From NCBI GenBank assembly GCA_038496445.1, contig JALMLS010000062.1, positions 124,001 to 188,000 of the forward strand: a DNA stretch of 64,000 nt, read 5' to 3'. Source of the DNA: Trichosphaerium sp. ATCC 40318 (taxonomy: Eukaryota; Protista; Tubulinea). The notes below the pieces were generated by a model. It worked only from the letters and a program-made list of their open reading frames with translations. It was not told where the DNA came from and did no database searches. A program made the translations under genes and the position numbers. Within the stretch, counting starts at the first letter, position 1. Every line of letters starts with the position of its first letter. Shown in pieces: positions 39,136-51,357 of this stretch.

Positions 39136-40004
39136 TTAGATTGTAATGAGTACAAACATGATGATTGCAACATTAGCAATGATACGGGTAGTACTTGGAG
39201 GAGCAATATTACCTCCCATTGGAGAAACAGGCACCTCCCAAATCCACAACGATGTACAAACGTGATATCTGGGTGTTGCGAGGTAGCCACTATCATATTC
39301 TTGCTCAGCTACAGTTCCATTTAGCTGAGATGAATGCAATATGTATCATTATCGTGAACGTAGGCAACAATAAAAGCGCTACGAAAGGCTGTTTAAAACA
39401 GTGCGAAATAAAAACATCACCAAAAAGCGTACTGGAGAAGCTGTGTCGTTAAAATGAACGAGACGCACTTCGCAATGTATCATGGGGAAGCCACGCTTGG
39501 CAAATATAGCATTCCTATCAAGTCAGTATCATCTCCATGCAGAACTCCTACAGGGAAAATAGCACCAGGTCTAATAGTTGCGTTTCCTGCAGCAATATCT
39601 TCAAAAAATCAGTTTTTTGATGAAACGTGATTTTGTTATTAATTTGATCTATTACGTACCTTCGTGGCTACCCAATACAATACACTACCCACCACTAGTT
39701 TGAAGCGCTTGAGAACGCTTAATTGGTGGTGGTGGAAGTATTTTCATATCTGTCTTGAGCTCTGAAACAACAATAACTGTTTGCCCGAAACCTTAACAGC
39801 AACATAAGGGCGCCCAATATTCTCGTTGTAAGTGCTGTTGAGTAGAGGCTCTACATAGAGATCTCGGAGGTCGGCCCACTGATTAAAACCTTTTGCAGCG
39901 CACACTACACGTGTTAAAATTATATCAAGAGGTTAGCGGTGTTACAAACAACGTAGCCGAAAGATGAAGGCAAAGAAGCAAATGATAATTGATAATTTAA
40001 TCAT
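39136..40004 (-). pseudogene. Surface-protein family copy 3 (type B), collapsed pseudogene
   Basis: About 870 bp versus ~1850 bp for intact copies. It has multiple internal deletions (e.g. GTATGTCTCC missing at ~39794), an in-frame TAG (GG*CIVLGS) and a damaged first donor. Confidence 0.85.
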
Positions 40005-40578
40005 GGGTACGTGTATTTGCAGGTACGTTCTGAAATATGGGTTATAACTACATTATAGTGTTCAAAAAGGGAGAGAAAGAGATGAAAGAGCACACTAAGT
40101 ACAGAAGCAAAACTTCAACTCCAACTCCGAACAATGATCTTTTTTCTACGTTTGATTCTGTGACCTAAACCATTGCTAACAGGAATCTTTGTACGAATAG
40201 CTCGTATTTGTATTACATGAATTCCGACTATTGACATGGGAATTAATTAAGTAATCAATACAATCGCAAATATAAATCAGCTTTTCACGGTTCTTCTTCA
40301 CTTCCACAAGTACATACTACTATATTTCAATTAGGAAAACATCCCTATTATCTCGGTTTGTTTGTTGTTTTTGCTGACTAGTGCTTTGACAGATAAAAGG
40401 GCTGGTAGACCTAAAGTAAGGTTTAATATTAATGCACTGCGAAATAAAGAGTTCTTTGCTATGTTGTAAAAGTAGTAGTTTAGGTGTTCTTTAATCTCCT
40501 TAATCTCTCCCTTTTGATAACTATACTGTGTAGTTACAAACCATAGTGTTAAGTACGCACCTACAAATACACGTATCC

Positions 40579-42426
40579 ATGATTAAATTATCAATTATCA
40601 TTTGCTTCTTTGCCTTCATCTTTTCGGGTATGTCGGTTGTTGTAACAATTCCGCAACCTTTTATTCTAATTTTAACATTCTACAGCGTACGCTGCAAAGG
40701 GTTTTAATCAGTGGGCCGACCTCCGAGATCTCTATGTAGAGCCTCTACTCAACAGCACTTACAACGAGAATATTGGGCACCCTTATGTTGCTGTTGGAGA
40801 CATACAAGGTTTCGGGCAAACAGTTATTATTGTTTCAGAGCTCAAGAAAGAGATTAAATTTCCGCCACCTCCATCAAAGCGCTCTCAAGCACCTCAAATC
40901 AATGATGGGTACTCTATCGTACTAGGGAGCCATAATGGTAAGCAATAAGTAAAAAGATTAAAAAAAATCACGTGACATTGTTTATGCTTAAAACTCTGAT
41001 TTTTTTTTAGATATTGCTGCAGGAAACGCAACAACCTTCACTGTTAGGCCTGCTGGCGCTCTTTACCCCGTCGGAGTTCTACATGGAGATAACGAGTTCG
41101 CAATATTGGCTTGTGATAGGAACTTTGTGATTAAGCGTGGCTACCCAATGATATACTGCGAAGTGCGTCTCGTTCATTTTAACGACACAGCTTCACCGGT
41201 ACACTTTTTGATGTTGATTTGTTTTTATTTCTAACTGTTTTAAACAGCCTTTCTTTTACGTATCTGAGGCTATTGCGATAATTGGGGATAGCCCTGCAAC
41301 GGGTGGATTTATTTACGAACCTGTTTCAACTTTATACATTGTGTTGCATCTACAGTCGTTAATTCCTGTTGTTATCAACTCAAAAAATGGTCAAATAGAT
41401 ATGGGTGATCCAGGTAAGATATGCAAATTGACTACTTAAAAAATAACTTTTTTTTTATAGCAACCATGTCATTGGCAGAGGGAAGCACTATGGCTCTTGG
41501 TGGAACTTGCGTTGTAGTAGCATTTGAGGAATCGACCGCGGGTGGTACAGGAGAAGTACTTGTTACAGCAACAGAGATAATAAGTGACTTGAACGTACGA
41601 CAACAAATGAAGCTTTATTTGTAACTAATTTTCTCTACAGGCTTTCGAAGACACTGTGTTACTCGATGTATCACCAGAAAAGATTTATGATGTTATGGAC
41701 ATCGCATACGATGCTGCTTCAGGTCAATATGGTCTGCTATATGGATCCATTGTAGGAGGAAAACCTACTACCACACGATTAAGACTTGTACGGTTTACTG
41801 TTGATTGCGTGGAAAATGGAACTTTTACAATTCATGGAAAGCACAATATCTCAGATGAGCATGTCGTTTCAACCTACTCAATAACAAATGGATACTCTCC
41901 AAATAGCGCTTTTATTGTTGTCTATGTTCACGATAACGATACCGAAACTCATGTTGCAGTCATATCAGCTAATGGAACTGTAACTGAGCAAGAATATGAT
42001 AGTGGCTACCTCGCAACACATCCAGATATCTCGTTTGTATCTGTACCTCCTTGTGGATTTGGAATAGTACGTACTCTTTATAAAAGAGCCAAAGAGTTTA
42101 TATACTAAGCTTGATATTAGGTAGCAACCCAAAGTGAAAGAATGCCAGAAGACTGCAATACAACGTCATCTCTTATTGTCATTGAAAACGATCCATGGTT
42201 TTGTCCTCCTCCTCCAACTGACGCTCCGACCCAAGAACCACAAGCACCAATGGCTGTAGAGTCACCAACAGGCATGTCAAATACAACTGTACCAACTGGA
42301 GGTAATTCAACGACTACTGATATGCCTGTTTCTCCAACGGGAGGTACTGTTGCTCCTCCAAGTACTACAACCCGTGTCATTGCTAATGTTGTTGCAATCA
42401 TCGTGTTTGTACTCATCACAATCTAA
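40579..42426 (+). CDS. Surface-protein family copy 4 (type B body), inverted orientation
   Basis: MIKLSIIICFFAFIFS..GFNQWADLRDLYVEPLL ... VIANVVAIIVFVLITI*. Confidence 0.85.
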
Positions 42427-42804
42427 TAAACACAACAGACAACTTGGTAATAGCTTCTTTTACTTTTTGAAAGCGATCGTAACTAGCACGTTCTCAAAAG
42501 ACAGTTGCTCGTTATGTAGAGTGTGAAACTATGTCAAGTATTTGAAAGGGTCACCACTGGCTTGTACTTGATTTAACCTAAACCATCGCTAGCAGTTTTA
42601 CAGATAGACATTGACATGGATTTAAAAGTCGCACTATAAATATGAGTTCTCTTCATTTCCATAGGTAGATACTAATTTAAGTCTGAGAACAGTTATAATA
42701 AAGTACTATGAAAGGACCAGCAATAACAAATTAAATGAAGAAAATAAGAACAGAAAAACACAAAAAGTAGATCAACAAAACTATGACAAAGTTGTTAATG
42801 TTTA

Positions 42805-44670
42805 TTAGATTGTAATGAGTACAAGAATGATGATCGAAATAACGTTGGCAATGATACGGGTTGTAGTACTTGGTGGAGCAGCAGTACCTCCCGTTGGAGA
42901 AACAGGCATATCAGTAGTCGTTGAATTACCTCCAGTCGGTACAGTTGTATTTGACATGCCTGTTGGTGACTCTACAGCCATTGGTGCTTGTGGTTCTTGG
43001 GTCGGAGCGTCAGTTGGAGGAGGAGGGCAAAACCATGGATCATTTTCAATGACAATAAGAGATGACGTTGTATTGCAGTCTTCTGGCATTCTTTCACTTT
43101 GGGTTGCTACCTAATATCAAGCTTTAGTATAAACTCTTTCGCTTTTTTATAAAGAGTACGTACTATTCCAAATCCACAAGGAGGTACAGATACAAACGAG
43201 ATATCTGGATGTGTTGCGAGGTAGCCACTATCATATTCTTGCTCGGTTACAGTTCCGTTAGCTGATATGACTGCAACATGAGTTTCGGTATCATTATCGT
43301 GAACATAGGCAACAATAAAAGCGCTATTTGGAGAGTATCCATTTGTTATTGAGTAGGTTGAAACGACATGCTCATCTGAGATATTGTGCTTTCCATGAAT
43401 TGTAAAAGTTCCATTTTCCACGCAATCAACAGTAAACCGTACAAGTCTTAATCGTGTGGTAGAAGGTTTTACCCCAACTATGGATCCATACAGCAGACCA
43501 TATTGACCTGAAGCAGCATCGTATGCGATGTCCATAACATTAGAAATTTCTTCAGGTGATACATCGAGTAGCACAGAGTCTTCGAAAGCCTGTAGAGAAA
43601 ATTAGTTACAAATAAAGCTTCATTTGTTGGCGTACGTTCAAGTCACTTATTATCTCTGTTGCTGTAACAAGTATTTCTCCTGTGGCATCCATACTCGATT
43701 CTTTATAAGCTACTACAACGCAAGTTCCACCAAGAGCCATAGTACTTCCGTCTGCGGATGACATGGTTGCTATAAAAAAACATGTTAGCTTTAATTTTTA
43801 CAGTTTTCCAAACAAATCTTACCTGGATCACCCATATCTGTTTGACCATTTTTTGAGTTGATAATAACAGGAAGTAGAGAGTATTCGGTCAACGCAACGT
43901 ATAAAGTTGAAATAGGTTCGTAAATAAAGCCACCTGACACAACATCACCCATAGGTAACGTAATAGCCTCAGATACGTAAAAGAAAGGCTGTTTAAAATA
44001 GTTAGAAATAAAAACAAGGCAACATCACAAAGCGGCGTACTGGAGAAGCTGTGTCGTTAAAATGAACGAGACGCATTTCACACTGTGACCCGTATCCTCG
44101 CTTGACATACATGGTATTCTTCTCACAAGCCAATATTGCGAACTCGTTATCTCCATGTAGAACTCCGACAGGGTAAAGAGCGCCACCAGGTCTAACAGTG
44201 AACGTTGTTGCGTTTCCTGCAGCAATATCTAAGAAAAGATCAGGTTTTTGATGAAAAGAAACAATGTCACGTGATATTTTTTTAATTTGTAGATCTATTA
44301 CGTACCTTCGTGGCTTCCCAGTACGATAGAGTACCCATCATTCATTTGAGGTACTTGGGAGCGCTTTGCTGGAGGTGGCGGGGTCGGCTTTTTAATGTCT
44401 GTCTTGAGTTCTGAAACAACAATAACTGTTTGCCCGAAACCTTGTATGTCTCCAACAGCAACATAAGGACGCCCAATATTCTCGTTGTAAGTGCTGTTGA
44501 GTAGAGGCTCTACATAGAGATCTCGGAGGTCGGCCCATTGATTAAAACCCTTTGCAGCGTACGCTGTAGAATGTTAAAATTAGAACAAAAGGTTGCGGAA
44601 TTGTTACAACAAACAACGTACCCGAAAAGATGAAGGCAAAGAAGCAAATGATAATTGATAATTTAATCAT
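42805..44670 (-). CDS. Surface-protein family copy 5 (type B body)
   Basis: Near-identical to copy 4 in the 3' exons; the tail matches copy 1. Confidence 0.85.
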
Positions 44671-44915
44671 GGATACGTGTATTTGTTGGTATGTTTTTGA
44701 TATTATGGTTTGTAACTACACAGTATAGTTATCAAAAGGGAGAGATTCGGGAGAGATTAAGGAGATATTCTACAACGCTTAACCTACTTTACAGCACAAA
44801 TGAAGAGCTGTAATATTTCGTAAAGTTCAGTACTATCCCACCAGTTAGTGTATTGTTAACTCCGAACAACAGAAATACTTATTAATATTCTTCAAGTTTT
44901 AGGGTTTTAATTTCT

Positions 44916-46254
44916 TTACATTACATTAGTAGTAAGGGTTTCAGGCGATAATAACTCTGCTTCTTTACCAAGGAACTCTGCAAGTTTCATCATGCCGTAG
45001 TCGCCTCCATAAGCACTTTTTTCAGCATCTGAATTATAGTTCGAGTTGCAGTTAACATCGTATACATAGTATGTTCCATTCTTATCTGTAATAAACTCTA
45101 TGCCAGATACTTCTATATTATGAAACTTTATAAACTCCTCTAGCTGACTTATCAAAGGATGCTTAAAATCTTTTAGGATAATAAACTTGTCCTTATTATA
45201 TTCTTTTTGATTTTCTTCTTCTGTAGGCTTTGACGCAGGACAAGCAGCGTCACCTATCTATTGCCGAAAAAAGTAAGAATATCTTAATCAACGTATTTTA
45301 TCACGTGATTTTAACGTACTTGACAGTGATCAGCTGGACAAAGTTCAAAGCCTTCGCTTGTATCAACAGAAACAGCATACATAAATTTACCATTTATGAA
45401 CTCAAGTCTAGTTATACGTCCTTCAGGTGCTACAGACTTTATAAGAACTCTTTCTTTAGTTCATAAAAAAAAGAACATACACTCAATGTATTGTTGCACC
45501 AAGTAAATACCATCAATAGGCTCATCAAAACCATCAGAATTTATAAACGTTTCCAGTGCTTCAATTGTGGAGAATTTATTCACACCTAATCCCTTCCTAG
45601 TCATACGATGTCAACAGATTATAGTATAAAAGGTATTCTTGACATGACAAATTATCAACTTACCCGGCTCTGTTATGTTTTATAATAAAGTCTCTTCCTT
45701 TGAAATGCTTTTTAGCCAAAGATAAAATGTTTTTACGAAGGTCATCACCAGATCCAGTTGCAGCGTATGTTTCTGGCGTAGAAATATTACGTGCTTTCAA
45801 GGTAGCGTATTGGCGCACTTTACTAACCGGTTTTAAGAAAGTATGGTTTAATTAATTTCTAGAATACCTTAGTTCCATTCTAAGCGCAGATGTACCGTTT
45901 ACTACGCGTCTATCGTGTAAATCGAGCCATTCTAGAAGCGCCTTTCACAGTTTTAGATTTTACAATGTAACATGCGTTTAAGGCTTACGTGTGTATGTTC
46001 CGGAGCGTACCGGTGGTTACGAGTGTGAGAAGATGGAGAAACACGATTGAAAAAGACGGATTGGGGCGGTTGCTTCGACAAGTCAATAGCGCCACCACGA
46101 CCTACGTGCCATTCTTCGTAGTTGAGTTTCAACTCTTTAAACGCGTTTCTAACAAAAAGCGCTTAGAACCAGTTCAATCCTTGTTTTATAGTTACCTCAG
46201 CGATGGTAGCCAGTCGTTATTCTCATGTATGACGATAATTGGTGCGTTGCTCAT
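44916..46254 (-). CDS. RimK-like ATP-grasp ligase, multi-exon
   Basis: IHENNDW, FFNRVSPSSHTR, RRVVNG..SKVRQY, IKHNRAGKGLGV, LVQQYIE, ITRLEFING, GFELCPAD and GIEFI..YDVNCNSNYN. Confidence 0.85.
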
Positions 46255-46675
46255 TGTTACCAGTTTTTGAAGTACAGATGGACGTTTTTTTCTTCCACGT
46301 GCTACACACTATCGCTTAAAAAGGAAAGTAATTTTTTGCTAGCAATATTATCGATAGCTTAGCTTCATCTGACACCGAATACGTCTGTACACGTAGAGCA
46401 ATATGGATTATAGCCATCTTCGCATTTTCATGCCGGATCATCACGTAGATTTACCACGTGACCAAAAATACTTCTGAGTGTCGTTTTTACCGTGTCAAAT
46501 ACAGTTGAAACGTAATGCATATGGAAATAACTTCACGTGACCAGTCTCTTGACAACTTTTTTCTTGTCCATGCTAAATCTAAACTAGACGAACACTGCGT
46601 TTTGTGTACAAGAAGGCCATCGCCTGCAGACCTCTTCATCACCTGACTAGCAAAGACCGTTATTTTTTTGTAAAA

Positions 46676-47665
46676 ATGCGTATCTTATCCGTGGTATCAT
46701 ACCTCAGCCTGTTATTATTTGTGTTTGGCCAGTTTTCTTCAGATTGCTTCGACTGGCCAGCTAAAGACTTTAATCGTGAGAACCACGCGTACGTCGAGTA
46801 TGAAAACGTTTTTCTAAAGCTCTGGTAGTAACCTAGATGTGTTTCTTCACGCTGGCGACAAAGCTCCTGATTTTACTTTATTAGATATCCACAATAAACC
46901 TCATACACTGAGCACATTGTTACAAGAGAAACCAGTAAGTTGTTTGAACTTTCCGTAGAAGTTTTGATTAACGACAAAAAACCAAAAAGGTGTTGGTTCA
47001 ATTTGGAAGCTACACATGTAATGGCACGTGGATTATTAGACGCACCGACATAAGTTATTAACCGATATTTTTATTAGTGTTCGAGGGAGCTGTAGAGCAA
47101 AGTAAACAAATGGCGGAGACGTATCCTCAAGTCACCTTCGTTGTTGTTTACAACATTGAAGCGCATCCAAGAACTGATGTATCTCCTTACAAGGGCATTG
47201 TACGCGACTGAGGTTAAGTTAAACAGTACTGACAATGCATCAAGCCTTGGGAAAACTCTAAGTACTCAATTTACCGTCAACCTATGATGTACACCGATAG
47301 AGTTAGATTAGCACGTGCTACATATGACTACTGGCAAGGCTTAGGCGACCAGCTAATTCTTGTTGACGAACTCACACCTCACGGTATAGTTTAAATTAAA
47401 ACATTAAGCATGCTCGATATCGCGTCTAAGGAATTATTAGGTCCAAATAATCCAATGTGGTGCACTTATGGTAATGTACCAAACGGCAAGTATTCAAGAA
47501 AAAGTATTTTTGTTCTAACTTTGTAGTATGTTAGGTGGTTGGCTTATTGGACAAGACGGCATAGTTGCTTATGAGGAACAATGGTTTGCTCACAACATAG
47601 CTGGATTTCGTACAGCAATTGAGAAGATGATTGGAGCTGACAATACTACCCTTTCGGCAGTATAA
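46676..47665 (+). CDS. Secreted iodothyronine deiodinase-like thioredoxin-fold protein (Cys form)
   Basis: Signal peptide, GDKAPDFTL, KPVLVQFGSYTC.., VYNIEAHP, RQP..Y.DR..A and YGNVPN..WLIGQDG. Confidence 0.8.
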
Positions 47666-48099
47666 TTTGTTGAAAAAAAACAAAACATAAAGCAATGTTA
47701 GTTCCTTAGTTATTTACAACCGTTGAACAACATTGTAATATGTCACGTTAAGGAAGTGGTCTTGTCAGATTTTAGCGCAGCCGTAAAGCTTCACATTGTT
47801 ATATGCATTTGTCTGAAAAAGGCTTTAATGGTCACAACCTTTTTGCCCAAAAGAAGGTGAGAAATGTGTTGAATTTTTTTTCCTAATCAATTCCATATTT
47901 TTTTGTTCCACAAAAGATCCTCTACGTCACGTGTATCATATTATCTAAAAGGTACAATAACCAACACCATACAACCCGATTCCGGTTTGCTGCACTCCGA
48001 AACAATTTAAATTAAATATTTTGCCTACGTGTAACGTTTTTAACCAAGAAAACGTATTTCAGGTTCCTCCTTGACATCGTGTGGTAGTATTGTGGCCTT

Positions 48100-49725
48100 A
48101 TGAGCTCTGAAGACCATACAATAGATGAAAAAGAGTTTGAAAGGCAGAGATGGATACGTAGACGCCGTCGCTCACGGCGACTAGTGATAAACGCTATTTT
48201 ATCAAGTTGTCTTGTTGTAATCTTTAGCGTTATTCTAATAACGCTATTGATACAAATAGCGCTCTCTAGTGGCTATACAGAACTCAAAAACAATGAAATA
48301 AGTTATGGAACAACAGAACAAGGTGTTTACGAGAGACTAACAAAACCATACACGGATTTTGATCCAAAGGAATATCCGTTAAAAACGGATAAATGTATTG
48401 AATGGTCAGAAAAACATATGAAAAGAGGTCGTCAGCTTTGGGATATTTATGTCACTGCAAGTGAGAAGTTGAAGGATTTAGAGAGCTATCCTATATCTTC
48501 TATAAATAACATTACTTCTCAGAGGTATACACCTTATAGATTAATTGCACATGATTGCTTAAGAGAGCTATTGACTTTTAAACTAAATAATAGTAACGAA
48601 AGAAAAATTAACATATTTATAGCTGTTCATAATCGTCTCACGTGCGTATTGAAAAACGTTAATTTTATGTTTTTATTGACTCAGTATTAGTAATCTAAAG
48701 CATGCTGTAAAGTCACTAGAAACTGCTGCTCAGGCCGCTGGGAATGTTCATGATCTTCATATTGTTATCATCGAAAGTGGTAGTAATGAGTGCGAAGAAT
48801 TTTCACAAAGTGAAGATGCTGTGATACAAAGGAGTTATTTACGTGTACCTTCTATTATTGGATCATTATGGGGATGTAGTGGTTTATTTCCAACAAGCGT
48901 ACTTTATAACCTTGGTTTCTTAACAGCGCGAGAAGCCGAGTGGAATTTATTTTATGTTGCTGATTTTGTAGTGCCAAAAACTTTCTTCACTAACAACAAA
49001 ATTCATGATGGTGCTGACGCCTTCTACCCTTATAAACGTACGTGCAATATTTTTGATATGAGGCTAAGAAACTCCTTTTGTTTATTGATTGTTTAAGGCG
49101 CTGTTTTCTTAAACAAGAAACAAACTCAGGCACTTCTTAAAATTTGGAAGAACGTTGGATACATTCCTGATAATCGTATTCGTTTTGGCCATAAGAGTAT
49201 TAAACCACATGGTATAATAGTAACTCATACGATGGATAAGTCATTTTTTTCTAAATACTGTTGTAGGTGGAGCTCTGTACATTCGAACGGATGCTTTTAA
49301 AGCGGTTGGTGGATATGATCCAGAGCTTTTTTGTGGATGGGCTCCAGAAGATACAAGTATGAGAAATAAACTAGTAAGACACCTTGAAACTGGTAAAGAT
49401 CTTGAGCGTAGACAAATGGGTAAGCAAACCAACTCGGGTTTTTTTTCTGCTTCTTTTTTGACATAACTTTTTGTTGATTGTAGATTTGTATCATATTTAT
49501 CATGATGACTCCACTGGAGGCGGTTATTATACTGCTATGGGATTATGGGCAACAAGACAAATGATGACGGTTGACGAAGAAAATATGAATCAGTTCTTAC
49601 AGCTTAAGAGCTTCTTACTCTTGCTTGAGTACGTGCACATTTTTTTTATCTTATGAGTTGAATAAAAACTAACAAATTTCAGTCAACAATACATACGTGA
49701 GTTGGTAACAAAAGAATCAAAATAA
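48100..49725 (+). CDS. Type II membrane glycosyltransferase (GT-A, GT7 C-terminal-like domain)
   Basis: N-terminal TM, IFIAVHNR, LYNLG, and GGALYIRTDAFKAVGGYDPELFCGWAPEDTSM. Confidence 0.8.
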
Positions 49726-50210
49726 ATTTTGTACATACACCGTCCACACATATCTTTCGAACTTGTGGGAGCGTAGAAGTTTTCTTGATCGTTGAGAAGA
49801 AGCAGTAACAGAAGACACTTTTCAGTTTTGAAACAATAAGTTAAACTAAGCTTCATAGTTTGTTTCTAGAGTATTGACTTTAAAAAAAGGGTAACCCGAT
49901 ATCGTTCTGTGATAGCGTGCTACAAGATTTATTTGAAACTACTACCATCTCTACAAACAATGTAGCGATTGTTAAAGAAGCGTTGAAGACGGATATTTGG
50001 CACTTTTTTTTTTCATTCGGTTCACGGAATAACTCTTCAATATTTATTCCCGTTAGTTAGTTACTATGCATGTAACATATCAGTTTTATTGTTCATGCAA
50101 CAAAGATGTTGAAGGTTAAGAGAAAAAAAGTTCGCGTTAAGTAACCGCGTAACTTAAATGTCGGGCGTACAGAAAACAGCCCGTATTTTATTGGGCACAA
50201 CACAGGCATA

Positions 50211-51141
50211 ATGGAGAAAGAAGGTGGTATAAGCGATATGTATGAAGATGACAGTGATATGTTCGAATTAAAGCAAATTAAACAAAAAAACGGTACTAGC
50301 AATGGTGATAGTAGTATCATAGCTAAAAGAAGGCGGAATGTCGTAATTACGGAAGTCATTTTTACCGTTGAGGTTTCAGAACCTGTAACAGAGGAGAATG
50401 GCTCTAAGAAATTCACCTCGTATCAGATAAACACTAAAGTACGTCGTTCGTACAAAACGTCATTTTGTTTTATAAATACAATCGACTCTAAACGAAGCCA
50501 TTGTGCTTATTAGACAAACATGAACCCACCGTATCCTGTATCGGAAGCTTCCGTTCGACGCCATTACAGTGAATTTGTATGGCTTGAAGAATACCTGAAA
50601 CGCTATCTAAAACACTGGGGTAACTCATACAAGGTAAATAAAAAGATCATCACGCTTTTAAAACACATTTTGCTAACACGAACGCCAATCGCAGGTAAAA
50701 AGGACATCCAGGAAGCCAAAGCCAGTACCAGGTAAGAAACGGCAAAAACAGCCAAAAAGCAAACCTGAAACGGTTTTCTTAACATTCCTTAGATCTTCCT
50801 GGAGATACTGTACTATCATTCTTGAAAATTACATTGTTCGATGAGGCGTTTGTTGAGAAGGTAAGGAAGATCGGGGAAATACTTTTTCAGAAATTCCATA
50901 TTTTAAAATAAATGTTTTTTATCATTTCAAACTGGTTCTCCTGATGTCTTACTACTTTAAATAGAGGCGCTCTGGACTGCAGAAGTTCTTGAGAGAGGTT
51001 GTTGATGATATAGCGTTACGAGAAGCGCCAGGTAAGGGTTTTTTTTTGTAAACTATAGTGTCACTTACGTTTTAAGGTTTGATTGAGTTTTTGACAAAAG
51101 ATGACATCACAGATACAATAGAGAATCGCCGTGCTATTTAA
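50211..51141 (+). CDS. PX-domain protein (small sorting nexin)
   Basis: VSEP..KFTSYQI, VRRHYSEFVWL, P.LPG, FVEKRRSGLQKFL and LIEFL. Confidence 0.85.
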
Positions 51142-51357
51142 TATTAATAGTGGGTACTCCAGAACACATTTGCAAAAAATAGTTTACAAAAGAAATCACG
51201 TGTACAAAACCAAACATAATACACCACACAAAGCACTTGTAACAACAATAAAAAAAATCAGTTCTTTGATTTTGAGACGGATTAGAATTTACTAACACCA
51301 CCTCCTTATGTACTCTTATAGCGTTGGAAGGTAACATTTATTAATACAAGTCAGTAC

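Noticed and set aside
47011-47080. Possible selenocysteine (UGA) in the deiodinase-like gene
   Set aside because: The codon at the Sec position is TGT, and no plausible splice creates TGA.
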